Positions 1 to 10,496 of a DNA stretch of 64,000 bases are shown in pieces. This DNA comes from Eledone cirrhosa (lineage: Eukaryota), in NCBI GenBank assembly GCA_964016885.1, contig OZ024741.1, positions 269,514,001-269,578,000 on the forward strand. Reading direction: 5' to 3'. Position 1 is the stretch's first letter. The number at the start of each line of letters is the position of its first letter. The translations under genes were made by a program, and so were the position numbers. Below the pieces are notes generated by a model. That model was not told the origin of the DNA and made no database searches. It saw nothing but the letters and a program-made list of their open reading frames with translations.

Positions 1-371
1 GGACATGTTGTGCGAGATGATGTTGTAGCTATGTGTTTTCTTAGGTAGGAACTCTATTTCTATATTATGGCCGGAGCTAGCTAATGCTTGATTGTAATAT
101 TGTGAGTTTTTGCTAAATATGTTTGCGTCATAGGACAGACTAGAGATTCTATTGGACACCCCCTTAGAGATAGAGTTTAATATTGATCTAGGGTGATTAG
201 ACTTGGTATCTACGTAAATAAGTTTCTCATTAGGCTTATGGAAAGGTGTATATATTTTTGAGTCTAGGTATAGTGTGGCGTCTAGGAAGTTAACATTTTT
301 AGTGTTTTTGTCCATGGTGATACTAAGGTTAAAGTTTTTGAATGTCTTATGCAGTTGTTTTCTAGTTCTTT

Positions 372-1481
372 CTATATTAAATTTTTTATATATTCTATGA
401 GTAGAAGTGCATCATCGCGGTACAAACCACCGTTGAGGTAAGGGAGGTCTTTATGGATTTCATTGAGGAGGTATAGGCCGACCAAATCAGTGACCTGCGC
501 CGAGTCACTAGATCCCATGGTTATGTCGAAGTTGTTGTGCGTATCCTTGCGTGTCCATAGTTGGTCCTCGAAGGTGATTATGGTTTTACGGGCCGCAAGG
601 ATGACATCAACCTGGGCTCTAGTCAGATCGCTATTGGTCATGGCCATGATAAGTGCCTTATTTAATAGGATAGGGGAAATAGAGGTGTAGTATGAATTGA
701 TATCAAATTGAATAAATTTTTTGTTCTTATTATTCTTGATATCCTTAAACCATTCAATTACTTCACCCGTATTTCCCCATTGTTTAAGGTGTATCTTGTG
801 TTTAATTTGTGGGATGATTTTATCCAAAATCTTCTTGCTGATAATACCAATGTCGGACTTGGAAGGGCAGATAAGTCTTATCGTGGGGTTGCTGATGAAG
901 TTCTCCTTATGGTCCTTCAGAGAGAATCTAGGGGGGTTCGGAGTGAAAGGTTGTGTATGCCTCTGTAGTCCTAGTTTAGACACTATATTATAACCCTCTA
1001 CATTAATATCTTCTAAGTTTTTCAAGGTGGTTTTTTTGTAGCTTTTATGTAGTTCATTATATATAAACTTTCTATAAGTAATATAATCTAGGCTGTATAT
1101 GTTATTAGTTTTATCTGCGTGTACAATAATTTTATTACTAGTTTTGAATCCACTAATAGAAGTGTTAAGTTTGTTTAAGAAGGTGTTGCTTCTAATATGG
1201 TGCTTATTGTATTTAATGTTCTTAACTAGTTTAACTAGGTCATTTTCAAAGGAGTTAAGTAGAGTGTTATGAGGGGGGCTTTTAAAGGTTTTAAAGCCGA
1301 AGGAGTCAAAATTGTTAGTATTATTCAAGTTGTTAGATTTGTTTCTATCATAATGGAATGTCCTCCATCTCACTCTATTGATAAATGAATTTACACTGTT
1401 GATCAGCAATTTCTCATATGTATTCCTGGATGGTATTGGTATGTTCTTGGTTGACATGGGGAGTTGGTCTTTGATTAGCAT
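372..1481 (-). pseudogene. PLE reverse transcriptase N-terminal/core, frameshifted at ~385 just after YRDD
   Basis: Motifs LKDHK..PTIRLI, FIQFDINSYY, ITMGSSDS, YRDD. The homologous reading continues in another frame (ERTRKQLHKTF..MDKNTKNVNFLD) to the window edge. Confidence 0.88.
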
Positions 1482-1730
1482 ATTGGCAATATTATATGTC
1501 AGCTCAACGATATGGAGCAGTTAATAGTATTAGTTATACTATTTATGGTTATGTAAACACAAAACCTTAAGCAGTTGTAAGTATTTTACACACACCCTAA
1601 ATAGTGGTAGGCAGTAATGTATTACTACCTTATTACCAGTAAGTTAAGTAGCTCAATGTAAAAACATCAGATGATTTACAGAGCAGTTATATGAAGTATA
1701 AGAATCAAAGAACTGTTCAAAACATTATTG

Positions 1731-1777
1731 TGCTTACAGCTGTTTCCTCCAAACCGAGGTTTGGATTCTTCGGAGCA
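1731..1777 (-). ncRNA. Minimal type I hammerhead ribozyme, variant core CCGAAGA
   Basis: tgct-CCGAAGA-atccaaac/ctcg/gtttggag-GAAA-cagctg-TA-agca: stems I and II pair and stem III is palindromic. Confidence 0.72.
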
Positions 1778-1874
1778 ATTTATTAATGCATGGACAGTTA
1801 TATGACCTCCTTTTCAGCCGAGAACTAGAAAACAACTGCATAAGACATTCAAAAACTTTAACCTTAGTATCACC

Positions 1875-3170
1875 ATGGACAAAAACACTAAAAATGTTAA
1901 CTTCCTAGACGCCACACTATACCTAGACTCAAAAATATATACACCTTTCCATAAGCCTAATGAGAAACTTATTTACGTAGATACCAAGTCTAATCACCCT
2001 AGATCAATATTAAACTCTATCTCTAAGGGGGTGTCCAATAGAATCTCTAGTCTGTCCTATGACGCAAACATATTTAGCAAAAACTCACAATATTACAATC
2101 AAGCATTAGCTAGCTCCGGCCATAATATAGAAATAGAGTTCCTACCTAAGAAAACACATAGCTACAACATCATCTCGCACAACATGTCCATGAGGAAATC
2201 TAATAATAGGAATAGCAACCACAAGTACACCAAAGCGGAGGGTGCCACCGGAAGTAACCATTACCATGGAAACTACTGTGAGGCCTTAGGAGGAAGCAAC
2301 ACACCAAACACTAAAAGCAAAAATAGAAGAAGAAATAATACATTTTTCAACCCTCCTTTCAACCTAAATGTCTCCACCAACATACCTAGGGCTTTCTTCT
2401 CACTACTAGATAAAAACTTCCCTCTAGGACACAAGTACCACAACCTCTTAAACAAAAACACCATTAAAATCTCATACTCTACGACGCCTAACTTAGCATA
2501 CCACATAGCTAGCAGCAATAATAGTAAAATTAGTTCTTACTTCCAACAAACAAAATCACAACGGGATGCAAACCCTCTAAATACCACCGTAGCAAGCAAC
2601 AATAGCAACGGCAGTAACAATAGAAATAACACTAGTATAAGTAATAACACCAGGGTTGTCAACCTGAACACCCAAAATCCTATATCCACCACACAGACTT
2701 CCGCATTGCATTATAACCAGCGGACTAACGCACAGAATAATTGTAACTGTAGAGCTAATAGAACCTGCCCTTTAGATAAAAAATGCCTAACCAAGGATGT
2801 CATATACTCATGCACAGTCACGACTAATAACTCTACAGAAACCTATGTAGGCTCCACTTCTAACTGCTTCAAAATTAGATATAACTCGCACATCCACTCG
2901 TTCAAAAAGCACAGCCTAGCCAACTCCACCTCACTTTCTAGCTACATACACTATCTAAAATCTAAAAATAAACCATACACACTCAAATGGGAAGTGATAG
3001 GCAGCGCGACCTCGTACAAACCACCTAATAAATTCTGTAACCTCTGTATACTAGAGACACACAATATTATCTTCTCCAACCGTAACCTACTTAACAAAAA
3101 ATCTGAGGTGTTTGCAACTTGCCAGCACCGCCTCAGACATTCCTTCCAAAACTTTAAGCCCTATATATAG
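1875..3170 (+). CDS. PLE RT thumb, Asn-rich linker, CxC-x5-CPL-x3-C motif and GIY-YIG endonuclease (5'-truncated ORF)
   Basis: VNFLDATL, YVDTKSNHP, CNCRANRTCPLDKKC, VIYSC..YVGST..RYNSH, CNLC..E, CQHR. Confidence 0.85.
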   Translation: MDKNTKNVNFLDATLYLDSKIYTPFHKPNEKLIYVDTKSNHPRSILNSISKGVSNRISSLSYDANIFSKNSQYYNQALASSGHNIEIEFLPKKTHSYNIISHNMSMRKSNNRNSNHKYTKAEGATGSNHYHGNYCEALGGSNTPNTKSKNRRRNNTFFNPPFNLNVSTNIPRAFFSLLDKNFPLGHKYHNLLNKNTIKISYSTTPNLAYHIASSNNSKISSYFQQTKSQRDANPLNTTVASNNSNGSNNRNNTSISNNTRVVNLNTQNPISTTQTSALHYNQRTNAQNNCNCRANRTCPLDKKCLTKDVIYSCTVTTNNSTETYVGSTSNCFKIRYNSHIHSFKKHSLANSTSLSSYIHYLKSKNKPYTLKWEVIGSATSYKPPNKFCNLCILETHNIIFSNRNLLNKKSEVFATCQHRLRHSFQNFKPYI

Positions 3171-4613
3171 CAATGTCGGACTGGAACCTAACACCACATC
3201 TAGCATCAAACACCAGAGACACACCCTATACTATATACCCAACACTAGCTGATCCATTATAACACAAACAACGACACCCCTCTGGAACCCTTCGCAGGGA
3301 AGATACCCATTTATACCTCTACGGCAGGTGTGACAACATCCACCCACCTGGACGGCACTACACCGCTCTAAGGATAATTTGAGCATGAATTGATAGGTTG
3401 GATGGTGTTGGGCAGAGGAAACACCTTCCTTAGACAGATGTAAAATGATTTAATCGAGTAGCGCTGTTGACCAGTAGGACCGGGCTGCTGAGCGCAGTGA
3501 GTGAATGCAATGCAACTGCCGTGCGGGTTCTACGTATATGGATGATCTGACGGTCAGAGAGGGGTCGCGAGGATTGCGGATTGACCTTTGGCCTGCCTGG
3601 GGACGATTATCTTTCGACATCCAATGTAGCAAGCGATGACCCAGATCTTACCAGAGATCATTGTGTCCTGAAGCAATCCTGCAATCACCGCGCCTGGTCA
3701 TATGAGCAGACTACAACCACAGAGATCATTAATTTAGAATCCTCGCTCATCATCTATAATTTCCATTTGTAGCACCTTAAGATGGGTTAATCCACCTTAA
3801 TAATAATATGATCACCTTCAGCATAATTTAGTTAAACTACTCTATAGTTAGTACACTTTATGCTTTAAAAGTCTCTCTTGGAAGGTGCACCTCACCATAG
3901 AATTTAGGGTCCATATTGGGACACATTTTAATGGCTAGATATAGAAACCCCAGAGTTACCTCCCCGCATGCATTAACTCCCCTTAGCCACACACACACTT
4001 CCGGTATTCAATGGCGTCTCTCGAAACGTAACAACCTCCTGTATCGAACTAAAGAACACCAGACTACGATCTCTAACTGGATTGTCGTGGATTATGTGAA
4101 AGGCATGTAATCGAAATATACACTCCCTTGACCATGAAAATGCCGAAGTACATGAATTACTTGACATCCCTGCGTTGTGCATCTCCAATACTTATAACAC
4201 TTTTAATGCTTGCACTATCTTTAATGCTTATAATATTTCTCCACACACAGACTACATCAATCATATAAAGACTTTGCCACCAGATCTACCAACCTAACAC
4301 TCTTATTTACCTACCTAAGTGCCTCTACCACACATATCTCTCTGCCACACTATATAAACAAGACGCACATGCGTGCCACACATATAACATTTGCACTATA
4401 TAACCACTTATCTTCATGTTGTACTTTAACCTATATCTTTGATTTTTGATTGTACCTATTAATATAAATGTAATCTCGAAGTGTGCACTGCCACTCTAAA
4501 TTTTGTAATGAATGTTGACCCACAATGTTTGAATATGTATCAATGTTTGAATATGTATTGGTATGTCTCTCGGCTGAAAAGGAGGTCATATAACTGTCCA
4601 TGCATTAATAAAT

Positions 4614-4660
4614 TGCTCCGAAGAATCCAAACCTCGGTTTGGAGGAAACAGCTGTAAGCA
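4614..4660 (+). ncRNA. Minimal hammerhead ribozyme (copy of 1731-1777)
   Basis: Same motif as 1731-1777, located in the 3' pLTR. Confidence 0.72.
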
Positions 4661-4700
4661 CAATAATGTTTTGAACAGTTCTTTGATTCTTATATTTCAT

Positions 4701-4735
<35 letters not shown>

Positions 4736-4762
4736 GGGATAACAAGTTATGGTTATAGATAC

Positions 4763-4863
4763 GTACTCTGATGTGGTAAATAATGTATTGGAGATCGAGT
4801 GACGCAACTTCAAGCGATTAGCAACATCTAGGCTCACCTGATCAACGAAACACTTGTCAGTAC
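4763..4863 (+). ncRNA. Hammerhead-like motif with ~72-nt stem II insertion in a short solo segment between two (TA)n tracts
   Basis: gtact-CTGATGT-(72 nt)-GAAA-cacttg-TC-agtac. Stem I is a perfect 5 bp; core has A9>T. Confidence 0.6.
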
Positions 4864-4899
4864 TTGTACAGCCTACCATATTACTCTTCATTCTTTCAC

Positions 4900-4930
<31 letters not shown>

Positions 4931-5259
4931 TATGTATGTACACAGAGGTATCCACAGTCAGTTGTGGAGTCTATTCTGGATAAAGAACTCAATGTAATCC
5001 ATATGTTGAAAATGTTTTAGGTTAACATAAATCTCAGAAAACAATAAAACATTAACAGGAAAACAGAGTCATGATATAAGTTAAAATAATGAAATAAAAA
5101 ATCAAGTCATTAGAGATATACTTCACTGCTTTACGATCGTTTCTAGATGGTGATAATACATTGTATCTATACTCCGTTATTGATCTATGTAAGTTTACAA
5201 ACTATCAGATAGAGAGAATATTTACTAACACGCATATCACCACCAAAAGCAATAACAAT

Positions 5260-5382
5260 TCCCCGTGTCTCTGACTAAAACAACGTCTGATGTTTACTGA
5301 CGGTTGTATATATATATATATACCGTCAGTAAACATCAGGCGCTGTCTCTGACTAAAACAACGCCTGATGTTTACTGACGGT

Positions 5383-5440
<58 letters not shown>

Positions 5441-5487
5441 CAACCGTCAGTAAACATCAGGTGTTGTGTTAGTCAGAGACTCGGGAA
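5260..5487. repeat. Nested fold-back repeat around two (TA)n tracts
   Basis: gtctctgactaaaacaacg(c/t)ctgatgtttactgacggttg occurs twice forward; its reverse complement occurs twice (one partial), each pair centred on (TA)n. Confidence 0.85.
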
Positions 5488-5761
5488 ACTAAAAGCGACA
5501 TGATGGGGAAATAAACGATATTTTCTGTATAAAAACACAATAGTTGATGTATGAAATTGTTTCACTGTCATATGCGTACATATCTACATTGAAAGTATGT
5601 CCGACAAGAATGTATATGTTTGGGGGTGAACTTATTTTATGAAGAAAAATAACTAAAAAAAAAAAACAAACAACATAATTACTAAGTCTAACGTTAAAAT
5701 ATACAGTTAATATATATATATATTTAACTATGCAATATATATATATTTAACTATACAATAA

Positions 5762-5830
<69 letters not shown>

Positions 5831-5904
5831 TATATTAAAAATATAAAATAGTTTCACTGCTATTTACACAGATTTTGTAGAAAATATGTTGACAGGAGAG
5901 TATG

Positions 5905-5940
<36 letters not shown>

Positions 5941-6362
5941 TGTATGTATGTATGTATGTATGTATGTATGTATGTATGTATGTATGTATGTGTGTATGTA
6001 TGTATTTATGCATGTATGTATGTATGTGTGTATGTATGTATGTGTGAGAGAAGTTATATTATATAAAAACAAACCGAAGGAGAAATGATAATATTATGAC
6101 TTGGTTTATCAGAATTCTGTGTTTAGTTTCCTAGTTTTATAGTTAGATCGTGTGAAATAGGAATAGTTTCAAACGTAGTTAACACCCGACACATATCTGT
6201 AAAATTCTATTCTACATACACATCGTAACTTAGACGAAATATTTTCTTTTTCTTTTTTCCTGTTAGAATAAATATTTCAATCCTCCGCCACACCCACATA
6301 AACACAAACACAAACCCACACATACACATACAGAGACTTATACACACACACACATATATATG

Positions 6363-6429
<67 letters not shown>

Positions 6430-6430
<1 letters not shown>

Positions 6431-7430
6431 TTTCAGAAGTTCCATTTACTGCTGAAATAAAAAACAAAGAAAAAGCAAAGCATGTAAAAGTAACTTCAAA
6501 GAAAGAACTGCTACAGAAACTGACTTAGAAATGGCAAGAAAAGCTTATGTATGGAAAATACCCAGAAAGAGCTAACAATCCTGATGTTGACAAAACTTTA
6601 ACCCATCAGTGGTTGGCATCCTCTGGACTGAAATCGGAGACTGAAGGACTAATTATATCAGCACAAGATCAGTGTCTGCCAACAAAAAATTACCAAGCCA
6701 GCATAATAAAAAATGGATGCAACCCATTATGCCGTGTATGTAAAAAACAACCAGAGACCATTGATCATATAATTTCAATGTGCAGTCCTATAGCTCCAAC
6801 CGAATACCTAAACAGGCACGACAGAGCTGACAATACATACATTGGATAATGTGTAAGCATTTTGACCTGCCTCATCAAAAGAATTGGTGGGAGCATCAAC
6901 CACCTCCCGTACTTGAAAAAGATCACATCTCAATCTTGTGGAACTTTAGCATACAAACAGACCGAAAAATAGATGCAAATAGACCTGATATAATACTGAA
7001 GGACTTTAAAAAGATGGTATGCCTGCTAATTGATATGTCCGTTCCAATAGGCAAGAATGTATCTATAAAAACATTTGAAAAATTGAGCAAGTATAAGGAC
7101 CTGGAGATAGAAATTGGAAAAATGTGGAAATTGAGAACTAAAACAATACCAGTGGTTGTAAGCGCTCTAGGAATGATACCTAAGGGGTCTAATGATTACT
7201 TATCGCAAATCCCAGGAAAGCCGCGTATAGGAGAAATACAAAAGATAGTACTAATGAGAACTGCCCATATACTAAGGAAGATTCTGTCAATATATGTACA
7301 TCACAAGTCTAAACACCTAAAGATGCATGCGTGTGTATGTATGTTCTTTCTTGAACATGGCGGACCTTGTTGTCACTGGTTGTGACTTGGTGATAACTCG
7401 TATGAACATAAAGCAAGATAAATGCAACTG
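6430..7430 (+). mobile_element. 3' fragment of R4/Dong-like non-LTR retrotransposon (CCHC + restriction-like endonuclease), frameshifted, flanked by (TAA)n
   Basis: ORFs 6547-6849 and 6849-7385: CRVCKKQPETIDHIISMC, RHD, RPDIIL, IDMSVP, EKLSKYKDL, PVVVSALG. (TAA)n at 6365-6428 and 7431-7449. Confidence 0.82.
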
Positions 7431-7449
7431 TAATAATAATAATAATAAT

Positions 7450-10400
7450 GCAGAGAAAAGAACTAAAACTGTAACAAGTACATAATCTGATGAAAGAATG
7501 GTATTTAACTAATGTATTGGTACGCGATGGGGCCCACCCACAGCCCCGGCGGACAGAATGGAGAAGGCGTTTCCCCGGAGGACGGCAAGAGAGACGCGCT
7601 GGAAAAGCCACTCCAACTCGCGGGGCTCACACCTACGGCTGGCCAGCTCAGCGCCTATGGTGGTTAGTAAGGAGGTAGCCCTGGGGCCGAGGACACCAGA
7701 AGTTTCCACTGCCAGGGGAACGACCGCAAACCTGTCGGAGAGCGACCGGTATTTGAGGAGTTTGGCCCCCTAAGCCCGACGTGCAGCAGAACCTGGATCA
7801 GTCGCAGACTGCACCAGGTTGCGGCTGCAGAAAGTGTCGGTGCAAGTGGCATCCCAGACGACGGGTTTGCCACCGCGGAACGGGAAGATGGTCATGCCAT
7901 CTGGTCTTTTGCCGTCCCCTCGAACCAGCCCCACCGGCTCGAGCTGGGAAGGGAAGCCTGCAGCGTCCAAGTCATGCCTAATGACCTCGTTGAGGGCAGT
8001 ATGGCGTGGAATGCGGCCGGCACTGTGGTGACAGGAAAGCGGGTGGAGGCCGAAAGAGTCCACAGAGGAACCGCAGCGACATTGGTGTGGCTGGCAGATC
8101 CGGAGGCTGAGCCTCAGGGAAACGCCGATTCGCAGGCTATGGTTGTCTAGCTGCGTGCCAGTGGAGAAGGAGGGCAGAGCATGGAGCCAGGCACCACTGT
8201 CAGGTTTGGAGGCTGCACGAAAAGAAGCAAGGCGGTGCTGGTCGACCGACGAAAGATACGCCGGCAAAGCTAGTGAGATCGGGGACCGGAGGCCTAGGCC
8301 GCCATACCTGACCGGTAAAGTGGCCTGTTGCCACCCTATGTCGTCAAACTTGACGTTGCATATCCCCTCGGCTGCTGCTCGGATACAAGTATCGAGGTCA
8401 GCGAGGAGAGATGTCTAGGTGTAGCATGGAGCGCTGCGGAGTGTATCGAGGAGCTTCGGTATGGCGAAGCAGTCCCTCAGCAGAAAGAGAGCTGGGTGGC
8501 CGTCAATCAAGCCTAGTCGGCTCGTGAGAGTCTGGAGGTGTTGAAGCCTGGACCTGATGGTGGAGCGGATAGCCGACGGGTGGATCGGTGACCCGAGGAT
8601 GAGGACATCCTCTTTGGGGGTAACCTGAACCTGGCGGAGATTGGACCGCACGTACAAGACGGAGGCTGCAAAGCTCGCAGCATCGAGGCTGACCTTCACC
8701 ACTTCCGACTTGGCCGAGTTGACCTGAAGGCCGATTCCCGCCAGGGCAGGAATCACTGATTGAAGGTCTTGGCAGGAGGGGTCCCAAGGGGTCGCCCTGT
8801 TGGACCCCGGTAGCCGAGGGTATGACCGTATCAGCGGCTAGGAGCATGCTCGGGGCTCCATAAGACAGGCAGGCCAGCGAGTAGGCAGAGGGGGCTCGGC
8901 TGAGGCAGGCCTCGAGCAGATGATCCCGGCGTAAAGAGTTAAAGGCATTCCTCATGTCAAGCTTGACAATGAGGTGCCTGGAGTCCCTGGATGCCGGTAT
9001 CGATGGGCAGCTGCTGAAGAACTGCCTGATTGCATGAAGGACTCGCTCACAGCCACCGGACACGCCGACACCCAGTTGCACCGGACTAAACTCCTCACCC
9101 AGTTCGTGTGTGACGGACTTGCAGATCACCTTGGCAGCCAGCCTCCGGAAGACATTGCCCACAGCAATGGGGCGTATGCCACCCTCTTTTTTCCTGAGAG
9201 CGGTGAGGCTGGCCGAAAAAAAGAGGCCTCGGGCGTAAGGGTCGAGGGCACCATGAATGTGCCTATTGGTGAGCGCCACAATTGCACTCAGAAGGCGGCG
9301 CCCGGCCTCAGCGGAGAGGGGGGGGTGTCAACTCCTTGAGGTGGCCTGGGTGGAGACCATCAACACCTCCGCAACTGCTAGCTGGGAAGGACCTGATGGC
9401 GGACATGATATCTGCATCAGTAGCCACAAGGAGTAGGTGGGGGTCGGATGGGGGATGGGTCTGAGATCAGTGGGTGGCTCAGGGTGTTTGATCCACAGAG
9501 CAGCCATGATCTCCTCGGTGGTTTGGAGGAGAGTGCACTCTGAGGCAACAACTCTGACTGCGGCCGAGACATCATCCATGATAAGCTTTGCATTTACCTG
9601 GTCACGCAAACGCTTGGCGCTGGCCTCGGGGGTGGAGGATATGGAGTACCTGAGGGTGTGGTGTGTGGCGTCCCTGGGCACGCTTGGAATGGGCGCTCGC
9701 CCAAATGACGAGACATTGACCTTGACGAAGGCTGCTGTTGACCGGCCGCCCCGGTCAGCGCCAGCAGCGCCAGAGCTGGGGAAGCCGAGGGCGAGTGGGG
9801 CGAAATAGAACAGCCGTTCCAAGTCACTGGCTCGATTGGAGTCCAGGGCGCTCTCAATCGAGGAAGCGAGGGCATCGGCTACCGGCATCCGTGCCGCTCT
9901 CGGGATCTCGGGATCGGAGCCGCCTGAGCCGAGCGATGTTGACCAGCAAGGCTCGGGCGTTAGGCAAGCTCGCTATCCCATCTGGTGGTGTGCCAGACGG
10001 CCGTGGCTGGGAAGACGTGGGAAAGAGGCAGCTCCTACACCTCCACGCTGCGAGGGCATTGGAAGCTCGACGAGTCAAGCTAACACAGGTGAGGTGGTGG
10101 AAGCAGCCGCACCCCAAACAGTTCTGGCCCCTCTTCCGTTTGTTAGTGGTGCCGCAAGTGCTGCAGGTGTCGATTTGGAGTGGTAGGGGATTGGGCGTGG
10201 GGCCGGGGACTGGGGCACCGAGCGGCATCAAGAGTGGGTGGCTGGTGTGTGTGGGTGGAAGGGAAAGTGCTGGTAAGAGGGCAGCATAGCTCACCTATAT
10301 ATATATGGAGGTGCCAGAAAACGAGTGCGAAAAGAGGCTGCATGAAGGGGGAGACACAGGAAGGTATAATGGCAGTAAATGAATGAGTGAATGGATGGAT

Positions 10401-10496
10401 GTACACACAAAAAAGGGGGAGGGGGACAAGGAGTTGTTCCCAGCGGAAAGACCCAGAGTTCAGCACGCACACATGCGAGCAGCTGAGCAGTTTGTC
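7450..10496 (-). mobile_element. CRE-like non-LTR retrotransposon (PHD finger, RT, RLE), degraded by frameshifts and an internal deletion
   Basis: GC-rich. GGIRPIAVGNVFRRLAAK, QLGVGVSGGCE, LDMRNAFNS, GVQQGDPLGPLL, CRCG..HPLSC, RHTALN, KRPDG..WDATCTDT, LFQRVSLAVLRGNA. N-terminal C4HC3 pattern. Confidence 0.85.

Larger units (their letters stand above)
1..1820 (-). mobile_element. Penelope-like retroelement (Naiad-like), 5' portion: pLTR (~1524-1820) plus RT ORF running off the left edge
   Basis: PLE-type RT ORF at 372-1481. Bases 1-369 are the reverse complement of 1821-2189, and 1690-1820 is the reverse complement of 4570-4700. HHR motif in the pLTR. Confidence 0.9.
1821..4705 (+). mobile_element. 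Inverted, 5'-truncated copy of the same Naiad-like PLE (RT thumb + GIY-YIG, ~1.4 kb 3' UTR, partial pLTR) ending in (TA)n
   Basis: Begins immediately at the 5' end of the minus-strand copy. Overlapping segments look identical by eye. The 3' UTR is homologous to 32383-33810. Confidence 0.9.

Noticed and set aside
7486-7500. CTGATGA in the CRE 3' flank
   Set aside because: No downstream stem II-GAAA-stem III arrangement.
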